Origin: Escherichia coli | GTDB lineage: Bacteria > Pseudomonadota > Gammaproteobacteria > Enterobacterales > Enterobacteriaceae | Strand: one strand, 5' to 3' | Assembly (NCBI RefSeq): GCF_024502345.1 | Contig: NZ_JALDNN010000001.1 | DNA length: 64,000 bases | Shown: positions 39,477 to 54,637 of the stretch, in pieces | How the letters are laid out: every line of letters starts with the position of its first letter | How positions within the stretch are numbered: the stretch's first letter is position 1 | Position numbers and translations under genes: made by a program | Notes under the pieces: model-generated | Database searches by the model: none | The model's input: the letters and a program-made list of their open reading frames with translations, nothing else | Told to the model about the DNA's origin: nothing

Positions 39477-39607
39477 GTCCTGATAAGATGCGCAGCATCG
39501 CATCAGGCATTGATGCTCGACTGTCGGATGCGGCGTGGACGCCTTATCCGACTTACAGAATTCGGAGCGCATCAGGTACCGGCAAGGTAACCTGATGCGA
39601 CGAGGGC
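39477..39607. repeat. Cluster of REP elements between ndh and ycfP
   Basis: Several REP-like palindromes (cgtcctgataagatgcgcagcatcgcatcaggca; tcggatgcggcgtggacgccttatccga; gcgcatcaggtaccggcaaggtaacctgatgcga). Confidence 0.7.
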
Positions 39608-39609
39608 AT

Positions 39610-40152
39610 TTACCCGAGGGTTTTGAACGCTTTAATGCGCTGTAAATGCGGGGAGATATTCTTGAATTTGTGCGTCTGCTCTTCGTCCCAGACAATCTCG
39701 TAATAATGATGCAACTCTTCAGATGTCCGCTGGCTGTTAAGTGCTTCATCATTACGCGACAAAATAACCAGACAACGATCGCGATTCTTCTCGCGGAAGT
39801 TGGTCACACACTTAGTGGCAATATCGGCATACTCTTCCGGGCGATCAATCTTGCCTTCCATGTTCTCATAAGGGAACAAATTAGGGTTGAAGATCACCTG
39901 GCGGATATCGCAAAGAAAACCAATCCGTTCCGCCCAGTATCCGCCCAGGCCAACGCCGCAAATTAGCGGACGCTCGTCAACGTTCAGTTGCAACATTTTG
40001 TCCACTTCTTTAAGCAGATGCTGCATATCATGTTTCGGATGCCGCGTACTGTAGCTTATCAAGCGTACATCCGGGTCAATAAACTGCAATTGTAAGACTT
40101 TCTCGTGGTTACCCGGACTGTTAGAGTCAAAACCGTGTAAATAGATAATCAT
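39610..40152 (-). CDS. ycfP: UPF0227 esterase-like protein YcfP
   Basis: 180-aa [22 protein letters not shown]... Confidence 0.88.
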
Positions 40153-40174
40153 CGCTTCCTCACATAAGCCAGGG

Positions 40175-42015
<1,841 letters not shown>

Positions 42016-42035
<20 letters not shown>

Positions 42036-42657
42036 CTTTACCTGACCAGATAATTTCGCCCGTCTGCACCAGCATCAGCTGCATTTGTAGGGTCGGAGCG
42101 TTAACGTTGCCAGAGGCGCTGGAGTACAGCACGTAATGAGCGCCGACATTGCGGGCAATGCCTATGGCTTTACTACGGGTGCCTAAACTATCCTGCGGCG
42201 ACAAACCTAACTGTTGCTTAGCCATCGACAGCTGCTGGGCGGAAACCAGGGTAAATTTCCCGTTATTAGCCAGCGCATTTCGCAGCGTTTCGGTCGCTTC
42301 TGCGGCATTCAGCGAACCGTTAGTACGGTTGTTAACGCTATCAACCAGCAGGACGCTACCCGCAGTCACCCCGTCAGCCCCAAGCATCTTACTGACCATC
42401 GGCTGCATTGCGCCATTCCAGTCATAATGGCGAATATGCGGCGCAGGCGGTGCAGTTTGATCTTCGTGCTCAATTGGGCCTGGCTGCTGCGGGATCGTCG
42501 GCACCGAGGGCACTGTGGGGACAGGCTGTTGTGGCTCGGCTGGTTGTTCCGGCGCTGGTTTCACTTCTTCTACCGGTGCAGGTTCACGTTGTCCCACACA
42601 ACCGGCGAGAAACATCGCCAGCGCGGTAATCAAGGCGTAGCGACTCATTTTTGTCAT
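42016..42657 (-). CDS. lpoB: Penicillin-binding protein activator lipoprotein LpoB
   Basis: 213-aa ORF with lipobox (LAGC) and proline-rich linker. Confidence 0.9.
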
Positions 42658-42670
42658 CTAGATTCACCCC

Positions 42671-43048
42671 TTACAAATATAGATAAAGTCTGACTTTGTG
42701 CGCCCCCAGAAAATTGGCGCTGCCGTACAGCGTTACCGCCGAATGTGCGGGAATGGTAACGCTGCGTGGCCTTTCCAGAGGATGCATCTCCAGCCCTCTG
42801 GCGTCATACCAGTAAAAACGATAATGAACGGTAACGGGTTCTTGCCTTTCGTTATAAAGCGTTGAGGATGCTGAAGGTTGAATATCAGACGTCGAAAGGA
42901 CGGGCTTTTCTGCACTGATGCCCGCAGCCAATAAAGATGACTCCATCACCAGCGATTGCTCATCATTCACCGGAATTTCCGGATGTGAACGACAGCCCAC
43001 CAGCAGTAACAACGCCAGAGACACCAGCCCAAAGCATCCTTTTCTCAT
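42671..43048 (-). CDS. ycfL: Lipoprotein YcfL
   Basis: 125-aa ORF with lipobox LLVGC. Confidence 0.85.
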   Translation of the reverse strand: MRKGCFGLVSLALLLLVGCRSHPEIPVNDEQSLVMESSLLAAGISAEKPVLSTSDIQPSASSTLYNERQEPVTVHYRFYWYDARGLEMHPLERPRSVTIPAHSAVTLYGSANFLGAHKVRLYLYL

Positions 43049-43050
43049 CG

Positions 43051-43410
43051 TTACAGACCTTTATGCGCCAGCATTGGTCCCAGCGGACGGCCACCCAACA
43101 AGTGCATATGGATGTGGTAAACCTCTTGTCCGCCATGGCGGTTGGTGTTCATGATCAGACGATAGCCATCTTCGGCAATACCTTCTTGCTCAGCAATTTT
43201 TGCCGCTACGGTGATCATGCGTCCCAGCGCCTGCTCATGCTCAGCTGAGACGTCGTTCACAGTCGGAATGAGGATATTCGGAATGATCAGAATATGCGTT
43301 GGCGCTTGCGGCGAAATATCGCGAAACGCCGTTACCAGATCATCCTGGTAGACGATATCGGAGGGGATCTCACGACGAATAATTTTGCTGAATATAGTTT
43401 CTTCTGCCAC
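43051..43410 (-). CDS. hinT: Purine nucleoside phosphoramidase HinT (HIT family)
   Basis: GTG start gives (M)[23 protein letters not shown]..., 119 aa, HxHxHxx motif (HIHMHLL). Confidence 0.9.
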   Translation of the reverse strand: MAEETIFSKIIRREIPSDIVYQDDLVTAFRDISPQAPTHILIIPNILIPTVNDVSAEHEQALGRMITVAAKIAEQEGIAEDGYRLIMNTNRHGGQEVYHIHMHLLGGRPLGPMLAHKGL

Positions 43411-43624
43411 GACATTTTCCTTTTTCAAATAGCCATGCGTTGCGCCATGCTACGCCGCGCCACACTGCGAGTATAGAGTATGGTCGAGTTAAACCTGCTC
43501 TTTCAACCTTAACTCACGATTTCTTAAGCAAAAAATCGTTTTGCTGCCGTATATATCGCCATTATTCCCATTTCTGCCTGCGAATGCGCTGAAAAGACAT
43601 TCTCTGTTTGGTTTACACGACAAA

Positions 43625-43660
43625 TATGAATGCGTATATTTCTCATTTGCATTTACAAAC
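43625..43660. promoter_or_regulatory. Possible Fur-binding region in the fhuE promoter
   Basis: AT-rich segment gaatgcgtatatttctcatttgcattt with partial Fur-box resemblance; fhuE is Fur-regulated in K-12. Weak match. Confidence 0.25.
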
Positions 43661-43743
43661 AAAATTATTCGCACACTAAATATAACCGCTCATCACCCTC
43701 CTCCGGCATGAGCCTGACGACAACATAAACCAAGAGATTTCAA

Positions 43744-45933
43744 ATGCTTTCAACACAATTTAACAGGGATAATCAATATCAAGCCATCACCAAACCGTCA
43801 CTACTTGCCGGTTGCATAGCATTGGCACTATTACCTTCTGCCGCTTTTGCTGCACCAGCCACTGAAGAAACGGTGATTGTTGAGGGTTCAGCCACAGCTT
43901 CAGATGATGGCGAAAATGATTACAGCGTAACGTCTACCTCTGCGGGTACCAAAATGCAGATGACTCAACGTGATATTCCTCAGTCGGTCACTATTGTTAG
44001 CCAGCAGCGGATGGAAGATCAGCAGTTACAAACGCTGGGCGAAGTGATGGAAAACACGCTGGGGATCAGCAAAAGTCAGGCGGATTCCGATCGTGCTCTT
44101 TATTATTCCCGCGGATTCCAGATCGATAACTATATGGTTGATGGTATCCCCACCTATTTTGAATCGCGCTGGAATCTGGGCGACGCACTTTCTGATATGG
44201 CACTGTTTGAACGCGTAGAAGTAGTGCGTGGCGCGACAGGACTCATGACCGGGACGGGTAATCCATCTGCGGCAATTAATATGGTTCGAAAACACGCGAC
44301 CAGTCGTGAATTTAAAGGCGATGTCTCGGCGGAATACGGTAGCTGGAACAAAGAACGGTATGTGGCGGATTTACAAAGCCCACTCACCGAAGACGGTAAA
44401 ATCCGCGCGCGAATTGTCGGCGGCTACCAGAATAACGACTCATGGCTGGACCGCTACAATAGTGAAAAGACCTTCTTCTCCGGCATTGTCGATGCTGATT
44501 TAGGCGATCTTACGACGCTTTCAGCCGGTTACGAATATCAGCGCATTGATGTTAATAGCCCAACCTGGGGCGGTTTACCGCGCTGGAATACTGATGGCAG
44601 CAGCAACAGTTACGATCGCGCACGCAGTACCGCACCTGACTGGGCGTACAACGATAAAGAGATCAACAAGGTCTTTATGACCCTGAAGCAGCGGTTTGCT
44701 GATACCTGGCAAGCGACACTGAATGCCACCCACTCTGAAGTCGAATTTGACAGCAAAATGATGTATGTCGATGCCTATGTAAACAAAGCGGATGGTATGC
44801 TGGTTGGGCCATACAGTAATTATGGACCTGGCTTTGATTATGTCGGCGGCACCGGTTGGAACAGTGGCAAACGTAAAGTTGATGCGCTGGATTTGTTCGC
44901 TGACGGTAGTTATGAATTGTTTGGTCGTCAGCACAATCTAATGTTTGGTGGCAGTTACAGCAAACAAAACAATCGTTACTTCAGTTCATGGGCCAACATC
45001 TTCCCGGATGAAATTGGCAGTTTCTACAACTTTAATGGCAATTTCCCACAAACCGACTGGTCACCACAGAGCCTGGCGCAGGACGATACCACACATATGA
45101 AATCGTTATATGCTGCCACTCGTGTCACCCTTGCCGATCCGCTGCATCTGATCCTCGGCGCACGTTATACCAACTGGCGGGTTGATACGCTGACTTACAG
45201 CATGGAGAAAAACCACACCACGCCTTACGCTGGTCTGGTGTTTGACATCAATGACAACTGGTCGACCTACGCCAGCTATACCTCTATTTTCCAGCCGCAA
45301 AATGATCGTGACAGTTCAGGCAAATATCTGGCTCCAATCACCGGTAACAACTACGAGCTGGGTCTGAAATCGGACTGGATGAATAGCCGTCTGACCACCA
45401 CGTTAGCCATCTTCCGTATTGAGCAGGATAATGTCGCTCAGTCCACCGGTACACCTATCCCCGGCAGCAACGGCGAAACCGCCTATAAAGCGGTGGATGG
45501 GACCGTCAGTAAAGGGGTGGAATTTGAACTCAACGGCGCAATTACCGACAACTGGCAGCTGACATTTGGCGCAACGCGCTATATTGCAGAGGATAACGAA
45601 GGAAACGCCGTTAATCCTAATCTGCCACGCACCACGGTTAAAATGTTCACCAGCTATCGGTTGCCTGTCATGCCAGAGTTGACAGTCGGCGGTGGTGTTA
45701 ACTGGCAAAATCGCGTGTATACCGACACCGTGACACCGTATGGCACCTTCCGCGCCGAGCAAGGTAGCTACGCGCTGGTGGATCTCTTCACCCGCTACCA
45801 GGTGACGAAAAACTTCTCGTTACAGGGGAACGTCAATAACCTGTTCGACAAAACCTACGATACCAACATGGAAGGTTCTATCGTCTACGGCGCACCGCGT
45901 AATTTCAGCATTACCGGCACGTATCAATTCTGA
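43744..45933 (+). CDS. fhuE: TonB-dependent outer membrane receptor FhuE (coprogen/rhodotorulic acid)
   Basis: 729-aa ORF with signal peptide, TonB box region and C-terminal aromatic residue. Confidence 0.95.
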   Translation: MLSTQFNRDNQYQAITKPSLLAGCIALALLPSAAFAAPATEETVIVEGSATASDDGENDYSVTSTSAGTKMQMTQRDIPQSVTIVSQQRMEDQQLQTLGEVMENTLGISKSQADSDRALYYSRGFQIDNYMVDGIPTYFESRWNLGDALSDMALFERVEVVRGATGLMTGTGNPSAAINMVRKHATSREFKGDVSAEYGSWNKERYVADLQSPLTEDGKIRARIVGGYQNNDSWLDRYNSEKTFFSGIVDADLGDLTTLSAGYEYQRIDVNSPTWGGLPRWNTDGSSNSYDRARSTAPDWAYNDKEINKVFMTLKQRFADTWQATLNATHSEVEFDSKMMYVDAYVNKADGMLVGPYSNYGPGFDYVGGTGWNSGKRKVDALDLFADGSYELFGRQHNLMFGGSYSKQNNRYFSSWANIFPDEIGSFYNFNGNFPQTDWSPQSLAQDDTTHMKSLYAATRVTLADPLHLILGARYTNWRVDTLTYSMEKNHTTPYAGLVFDINDNWSTYASYTSIFQPQNDRDSSGKYLAPITGNNYELGLKSDWMNSRLTTTLAIFRIEQDNVAQSTGTPIPGSNGETAYKAVDGTVSKGVEFELNGAITDNWQLTFGATRYIAEDNEGNAVNPNLPRTTVKMFTSYRLPVMPELTVGGGVNWQNRVYTDTVTPYGTFRAEQGSYALVDLFTRYQVTKNFSLQGNVNNLFDKTYDTNMEGSIVYGAPRNFSITGTYQF

Positions 45934-45948
45934 ATAACACCTGTAAAA

Positions 45949-45970
45949 AAGGCAGCCATCTGGCTGCCTT
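45949..45970. terminator. Bidirectional intrinsic terminator between fhuE and ptsG
   Basis: aaggcagcca-tc-tggctgcctt preceded by AAAAAA. Confidence 0.8.
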
Positions 45971-45992
45971 AGTCTCCCCAACGTCTTACGGA

Positions 45993-47426
45993 TTAGTGGT
46001 TACGGATGTACTCATCCATCTCGGTTTTCAGGTTATCGGATTTAGTACCGAAAATCGCCTGAACACCAGAACCAGCAACCACTACGCCCGCTGCGCCCAG
46101 TTTCTTCAGGCCGGCCTGATCCACTTTAGACACATCAGCAACGCTGACGCGCAGACGGGTAATACATGCGTCGAGGTTAGTAATGTTTTCTTTACCACCA
46201 AATGCAGCAACCAGAGCCGGTGCCATTTCGCTGGTACCTGTCGCTTTTGCATCTTCAGTCGCGTCTTCACGACCCGGCGTTTTCAGATCCAGTGCTTTAA
46301 TCAGCACGCGGAAGATGGTGTAGTAAACAATCGCATAACCGATACCGACGATCGGGAACAGCCATAGTTTGCTGCTGTTACCAGACAGAACGATGAAGTC
46401 GATCAGACCGTGCGAGAACGACGTACCGTCACGCATCCCCAGAAGAATACAGATTGGGAATGCCAGGCCTGCCAGAATCGCGTGGATGATGTACAGGATC
46501 GGCGCAACGAACATGAAGGAGAACTCGATCGGCTCGGTGATACCGGTCAGGAACGAGGTCAGCGCCGCGGAAATCATAATACCGCCCACTTTCGCGCGGT
46601 TTTCTGGTTTAGCAGAGTGCCAGATAGCAATTGCGGCAGCTGGCAGACCGTACATTTTGAACAGGAAGCCACCAGACAGTTTACCCGCAGTCGGGTCACC
46701 CGCCATATAACGCGGAATGTCGCCGTGGAAAACCTGACCTGCTGCGTTGGTGTATTCACCAATCTGCATCTGGAAAGGTACGTTCCAGATGTGGTGCAGA
46801 CCAAACGGTACCAGGCAACGTTCGATGAAACCGTAAATGCCAAACGCAACTACCGGGTTCTGGTAAGCAGCCCACTGAGAGAAGGTCTGGATTGCAGAAC
46901 CAATCGGCGGCCAAATGAAGGACAGCACAACGCCAGTAAAGATGGCAGCCAGGCCAGAAATGATCGGCACAAAGCGTTTACCGGCAAAGAAGCCAAGATA
47001 CTCAGGCAGCTTAATACGGTAGAAACGGTTAAACATGTACGCTGCGATCGCACCGGAGATAATCCCTCCGAGTACGCCAGTATCCGCCAGGTGTTTAGAG
47101 GCGATTTCTTCAGCAGGTAAATGCAGTACCAGTGGCGCAACCACGGCCATGGTTTTAACCATGATGCCATAGGCAACAACTGCGGCCAGCGCGGATACGC
47201 CATCGTTATTGGTAAAGCCGAGGGCGACACCGATCGCAAAAATCAGTGGCATGTTTGCAAAGACGGAACCGCCTGCTTCTGCCATAACATGCGATACAAC
47301 GGCGGGCAGCCAGCTGAAATTCGCGGAACCGACGCCCAGCAGAATACCTGCGATAGGCAGTACGGATACCGGCAGCATCAGCGATTTACCGACCTTTTGC
47401 AGGTTAGCAAATGCATTCTTAAACAT
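45993..47426 (-). CDS. ptsG: PTS glucose-specific EIICB component PtsG
   Basis: 477-aa [36 protein letters not shown]... Confidence 0.97.
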
Positions 47427-47521
47427 AATTGAGAGTGCTCCTGAGTATGGGTGCTTTTTTTACGTTCTCACGCGTGGCAAGGGGGGAGAGCCTCGCCGTG
47501 TACAGGGCATCTAAGCGCCCT

Positions 47522-47546
47522 TTATTTATTACACAGAGTAAAATAA
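47522..47546 (-). promoter_or_regulatory. Mlc operator of the ptsG promoter
   Basis: TTATTTATTACACAGAGTAAAATAA palindrome about 100 bp upstream of the ptsG ATG; matches the Mlc site as remembered. Confidence 0.7.
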
Positions 47547-47720
47547 TTCAGTGCCAATTTGTTTGACGGCTATCACGTTTCAACTTCAGATCATTGGAGA
47601 AGTTGCACATTTTGACAAAACATATGTCACAATATTTCAAACGCGGTTATTCACCGCCCAATTTTCGGCGGTGAACTTTACTCGTTTTAGCCATTAATTA
47701 CGAGCTTTAAAAAAACTCAT

Positions 47721-48518
47721 TCAACGGATGGATTGAAGGCGGGAAGCGTCGATGTGAAACAGACGGGCGAAGTTATCGGTGGTTACCTGCGCCAGTTCTT
47801 CAACGGCAACACCTTTCAACACAGCCATGTATTCTGCAACGTCACGAACCATCGCAGGTTGATTCTCTTTTCCTCGATGCGGTACCGGCGCAAGGTAAGG
47901 TGAGTCAGTTTCCACCAGTAATCGATCCAGGGGGACATAACGCGCAGCATCGCGCAGTTGCTCCGCATTACGGAAGGTCACAATGCCGGAAAAGGAGATG
48001 TAAAATCCGAGATCCAGTAATTTACCCGCCGTTTCTCTGTCCTCTGTAAAACAGTGTAGTACGCCACCGCAATCCGTCACTTTTTCTTCGCGCAGAATTG
48101 CCAGCGTATCGGCACGGGCGTCACGGGTATGGACGATAACCGGCTTGTTCAGTTCACGACCAATCTGGATATGATGGATGAAGGACTCTTGCTGACGTAC
48201 TTTAGTTTCCGGTGTGTAATAATAATCCAGCCCGGTTTCACCCAGCGCTACAACACCCTCTTCTGCCGCCAGACGGCGTAAATCTTCTACATCGTAGGGA
48301 TCATTCTGGTTGAGTGGATGCACGCCACAAGAAAATACGACGTTGTCACGTTCGCCTACCAGATCCCGCATATGTAAATAACCCGGTAATGTTGTGGCGA
48401 CTGCCAGACAAAATTTCACATCGCGTGCGGCGGCTTTCGCCAGAACGTCATCCACGTCCTTATGCAAAGATTCATAATCCAGACCATCGAGATGGCAGTG
48501 TGAGTCGACTAAAAACAT
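47721..48518 (-). CDS. ycfH: TatD-family metal-dependent nuclease YcfH
   Basis: ATG at 48516-48518 gives [11 protein letters not shown]..., 265 aa. Confidence 0.9.
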
Positions 48519-48528
48519 GATGTCTCTC

Positions 48529-49533
48529 TTAAAGATGAGGAACCGGTAGCACAACGCCCGGTTGCAGGTAATGCTCAATACGCAGTAAAAGATCGGTGAT
48601 GAGAAGCTCGCGGTTGATGCCTGTGACAGACATTAACTGTTCACGAATGTGGCAAACATCCCCCAGTATAGCCTGCAGGCGCGAGGGAGAAAGATGGTTT
48701 GCCAGTTCGGCGACCAGGCCCGGCACATCAACATTGGTCACCTGCGCAGCGCCATGATGGCGTTTTAGCGCATCCATCAGCAACGTTGCCAGCCAGTGTA
48801 AACGCGCCGGAGCTTGTTCATGATTAAGGGCCGCCAGCAGCGAATACCAGTCGCCCGATGGCACGCTATATGCCAACGCCTGACACAATGTTTCACGAGC
48901 CTGCCAGTTATCTCCCTGAAACAACGCCAGTGCCGCGCCAGGCGAACCGGCGCTTAAGCGCAATGCGGCAAGTAATGCATCCTGTGACATTGTCACTTCG
49001 CGTGAAAGCCAGGTCACGGCGTACTGTTCTGGAGGCGGCGCAAGGTAATGTAACCGACAACGACTACGTAATGTTGCCAGTAAACGTTCAGGCTCGCGGG
49101 TAGCCAGGAAAAACCAGGTTTCTGCTGGTGGCTCTTCAAGCGTTTTCAGCAATGCGTTAGCCGCGGCGTCGGTCAGTAAGGCAGCATCGGTTACCCAGAC
49201 AACTTTCGCACCACCTAGGCGTGCGTGCTCATTCAGTTTTTCGGTGACCTCACGTACCGCATCAATGCCCAGCGTATTTTTCCCTTTTTCGGGAGCCAGG
49301 GTGTAGTAATCGGGATGCGTGCCAGCCTGCATCAACTGACATCCACGACAGTGACCGCAACTTTTGTGTCCCTGCGGTTGTTGGCAGAGTAAATAACGGC
49401 TCAGGGCGTAGATTAAAGCATCATCGCCCATGCCCGGTAACGCCTGAATGAGTAGCGCATGGTGACCTCTTCCGGCCTGATAGCTGGCTACCAGTTTTTC
49501 GAAGTCAGGTCGTAACCATGGATACCATCTCAT
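48529..49533 (-). CDS. holB: DNA polymerase III delta-prime subunit HolB
   Basis: 334-aa [33 protein letters not shown]... Confidence 0.95.
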
Positions 49534-50171
49534 GCGTCCAACTCCTTCACCCAGTGGGTCACGGTAGTGCGGATTGCATCCATCACGGCCTCCAGCGGCT
49601 GGGTGGCATCAATGGTATGAATACTTTTATCTTGTGCAGCCAGTTCCAGATAGCGGGCGCGGGTGCGATTAAAGAAATCGAAAGACTCTTGCTCAATACG
49701 ATCCAGCTCGCCGCGCGCACGCGCGCGTTTTAAGCCAACTTCCGGGGTAACATCGAGATAGAGCGTTAAGTCGGGGCGAAAATCCCCGAGAACAGCATCA
49801 CGCAGTGTTGCCAGCATATGTTGGTCAATACCACGTCCTCCGCCCTGATACGCCTGAGTGGAGAGATCGTGGCGATCGCCAATCACCCAGGTGCCGTTAG
49901 CCAGAGCTGGTTTGATGACCGTTTCTACCAGTTGAACGCGCGCGGCATAAAACATCAGAACTTCGGCTTTATCGGTAATGACTTCATCGCCTACCGATTT
50001 GATATCCAGCACCAGGCTTCTTAACTTTTCGGCAAGTTGCGTACCGCCAGGTTCCCGAGTGAAAACCATGTCGCGGATACCCAGTTGCTCAAGCGTCTCA
50101 ACCACCACATTACGCGCGGTAGTTTTGCCTGCGCCTTCCAGCCCCTCAATGACGATATACTTACTGCGCAT
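49530..50171 (-). CDS. tmk: Thymidylate kinase Tmk
   Basis: 213-aa ORF with P-loop GLEGAGKTT. Confidence 0.96.
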
Positions 50172-51183
50172 TTTTTTCCTTAAGCACTTTCAGATAATCC
50201 TGCACAGACTTGTTATGGCTGGCAAGATTGGTATTAAACGTGTGACCACCTTTACCATCGGCCACAAAATAGAGATACGGCGTTTTTGCCGGATGCGCAG
50301 CAGCCTTCAGCGAATCCGCCCCCGGCGTAGCTATCGCACCCGGCGGCAAACCGGTAATGGTATAGGTGTTATACGCTGTCGGCGTTTCCAGGTCTGCACG
50401 AGAAAGTTTGCCATTATAACGCTCTCCCATCCCGTAAATCACGGTTGGGTCGGTCTGCAGGCGCATACCAATGCGTAAACGGTTGATAAATACCGAGGCA
50501 ACCTGATCGCGTTCACTGGCAACGGCGGTTTCTTTTTCGATAATTGATGCCATCGTCACCAGCTGATTTTTATCTTTATAAGGCAGACCGTCCGCACGCC
50601 CTTCCCAGGCGCTATCGACCGCTTTCACCATTTTCTTGTGCGCTCGCTTGAGTAACGCGACATCGGTGGTATTGGCGGTATACATCCAGGTGTCTGGCCA
50701 GAACCAACCTTCAATCCACTCCGGGTTTTCCAGTTCAAGTGCCTGCGCTACGGTGGCGTACTTATCGTCACTCAGCGTGTGCTTGATATACGGAGCCTCA
50801 CGCAATTGCTTGAGGTAGTCGCTCAGACGCATCCCTTCTACCAGTCGCAGCGGGAACTGTGCTTCTTTACCGCTTTCCAGCAATTTCAGCATCTCGCGCA
50901 CGGTCATCTGCGGTGTAAAGCGGTAAGTCCCGGCTTTAAAGTGAGAAAGATCCGGTTCGATACGCAGCAACCATTGAAAAACCCGTGGGCGATTGATGAT
51001 CTTATCGGCATAAAGCTGTTCACCAAGCGCCAGACGTCCGGTCCCTGGCTTCAGGGTAAATATCGTCTCTTCTTTGATAAGCAATTTGCTGTCGGCAAGA
51101 TGGCGAACCTTCCAGACGCCCACACCAGCGGCGATACCCAGTACCACCAGCAATAACAAGATAATCAATAACACTTTTTTCAT
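50161..51183 (-). CDS. mltG: Endolytic murein transglycosylase MltG (YceG)
   Basis: 340-aa ORF with N-terminal TM helix, YceG family. Confidence 0.93.
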
Positions 51184-51185
51184 GA

Positions 51186-51995
51186 CTAATTCGGGCGCTC
51201 ACAAAGTGGGGCTAAATATTCATATAACGTTGCTGACGAAAAGGAGACATCGCCACAGGCACGTACGGGCATCACTGGCATTAACGCATTACAAATAACC
51301 ATCTCATCTGCCTGCAACGCCTCTTCCAGAGAGGCTTGCACTTCGACAAGCTGATAAGAGGATTGTGCCAGCAAACGGATACAGAATTGTCGCATAATGC
51401 CGTTAACACCTGCCTGATCCAGTCGCGGCGTATAAACTACATTGCCCTTCCGCCAGAACAAATTAGCCGCACAGCATTCCGTAACCCACCCTTCGCTGTC
51501 AAGGACCAGCGCCTCATCAGCGTTTGTCTGCTCAAGATGAGAGCGGATCAATACTTGCTCAAGCCGATTAAGATGTTTAATACCTGCAAGATGAGGATTG
51601 CGCCCCAGCCGCACCGGGCTTAGCGCCAACGTCATCCCTTCGTTACGCAAACGGTCGTAATGTGCAGGATAAACCGTAACGGAGAGAATCCGCTTTGCCG
51701 GTCCACTGTTCAATGTGCTGTACCCTCGCCCGCCACTACCGCGACTGATCACGACTTTCAGCACACCATTTTGCTGTTCTGCTGCCAGCGTTTTCATCTC
51801 TTGTTCAAGCTGAGGCCAGAAGTCACAGAAAATCATCAACCGCTGACAAGCATCCTGTAGTCGCTGGATATGCGCCGATAACAAACTGACTTTACCGTCG
51901 ATAACTCTGGCGGTGGTAAAACAACCATCACCAAACTGCGTTGCCCGATCGCTTACTGCCAGCGATTCCTGCTTATGACCGTTAATTAAGAACAT
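51186..51995 (-). CDS. pabC: Aminodeoxychorismate lyase PabC
   Basis: 269-aa ORF, class IV aminotransferase fold. Confidence 0.93.
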   Translation of the reverse strand: MFLINGHKQESLAVSDRATQFGDGCFTTARVIDGKVSLLSAHIQRLQDACQRLMIFCDFWPQLEQEMKTLAAEQQNGVLKVVISRGSGGRGYSTLNSGPAKRILSVTVYPAHYDRLRNEGMTLALSPVRLGRNPHLAGIKHLNRLEQVLIRSHLEQTNADEALVLDSEGWVTECCAANLFWRKGNVVYTPRLDQAGVNGIMRQFCIRLLAQSSYQLVEVQASLEEALQADEMVICNALMPVMPVRACGDVSFSSATLYEYLAPLCERPN

Positions 51996-52114
51996 ACCGG
52001 CTCCTTATCAGAGAATTGTTAGTGTGGCAGCATGTTCACTACGGAACAAGTCGGAATAAAAGCTAAGAAAAAAGGCCCGCAAGCGGACCTTTTATATGGG
52101 TGGGAAATGACAAC

Positions 52115-53386
<1,272 letters not shown>

Positions 53387-53443
53387 CTAGTGGGACAAAA
53401 AGATAAAACTCAGGCGGTCGAACGACCGCCTGGAGATGTTCAC

Positions 53444-53680
53444 TTACGCCTGGTGGCCGTTGATGTAATCAATGGCAGCCTGAACGGTGGTGATTTTCTC
53501 AGCTTCTTCGTCCGGAATCTCAGTATCAAACTCTTCTTCCAGAGCCATTACCAGCTCAACGGTGTCAAGAGAATCCGCGCCCAGGTCTTCAACGAAAGAA
53601 GCATTGTTGGTAACTTCTTCCTGCTTAACGCCCAGCTGTTCGCCGATAATTTTCTTAACGCGTTCTTCGATAGTGCTCAT
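53444..53680 (-). CDS. acpP: Acyl carrier protein AcpP
   Basis: 78-aa [54 protein letters not shown]... Confidence 0.98.
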
Positions 53681-53890
53681 ACTCTTAAATTTCCTATCAA
53701 AACTCGCTTTCGCGATGGTTTTCGTAGTGTATAAAATGTTGAAAAATTTGCAACTAAATCCCGGCAGGTCTTACCACGATTTTACGTTATTTTGAGGCCT
53801 TACCCCCCAATAACGCAAATCATTTTGCACTAATTATTACTCATAACCACGCAGACTGCGCGCAACATGAGCATTTTGTGCAAATCGCGG

Positions 53891-54625
53891 TCAGACCATG
53901 TACATCCCGCCGTTCACATGCAAAGTTTCACCCGTGATGTAAGCTGCTTCGTCGGATGCCAGGAATGCAACCGCGTTGGCGATTTCCTGTGCGCCGCCGA
54001 GGCGACCCGCAGGAACCTGCGCCAGGATACCCGCACGCTGGTCATCGCTCAGCGCACGTGTCATGTCCGTTTCAATAAAGCCCGGAGCAACAACGTTTAC
54101 AGTAATACCGCGTGACGCAACTTCGCGCGCCAGTGATTTACTGAAGCCGATCAAGCCCGCTTTCGCCGCAGCGTAGTTGGCCTGACCGCCATTTCCCATG
54201 GTACCAACCACAGAACCGATAGTGATAATACGACCATGACGCTTTTTCATCATAGCGCGCATTACCGCTTTTGACAGACGGAAAACAGATGAAAGGTTGG
54301 TTTCGATAATATCGTTCCACTCTTCATCTTTCATTCGCATTAACAGGTTATCACGAGTGATACCGGCATTATTGACCAGGATATCCACTTCACCAAATTC
54401 TGCGCGAATTTTTTCCAGAACAGATTCGATAGATGCCGGGTCGGTCACATTCAACATCAGACCTTTGCCGTTAGCACCTAAATAATCACTGATCGCCTGA
54501 GCGCCATTTTCACTGGTCGCAGTGCCAATAACTTTCGCGCCACGGGCTGCGAGCGTTTCAGCAATTGCGCGGCCAATTCCGCGGCTTGCACCGGTTACCA
54601 GTGCGATTTTTCCTTCAAAATTCAT
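53891..54625 (-). CDS. fabG: 3-oxoacyl-ACP reductase FabG
   Basis: 244-aa ORF MNFEGKIALVTGASRGIGRAIAETL... Confidence 0.97.
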   Translation of the reverse strand: MNFEGKIALVTGASRGIGRAIAETLAARGAKVIGTATSENGAQAISDYLGANGKGLMLNVTDPASIESVLEKIRAEFGEVDILVNNAGITRDNLLMRMKDEEWNDIIETNLSSVFRLSKAVMRAMMKKRHGRIITIGSVVGTMGNGGQANYAAAKAGLIGFSKSLAREVASRGITVNVVAPGFIETDMTRALSDDQRAGILAQVPAGRLGGAQEIANAVAFLASDEAAYITGETLHVNGGMYMV

Positions 54626-54637
54626 GATTTTCCTCTT

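Noticed and set aside
39417-39752. 111-aa reverse-strand ORF
   Set aside because: Spans the REP cluster and runs into the ycfP 3' end; translation of palindromic REP DNA, not a gene.
46410-47120. 236-aa forward-strand ORF
   Set aside because: Antisense to ptsG; shadow ORF.
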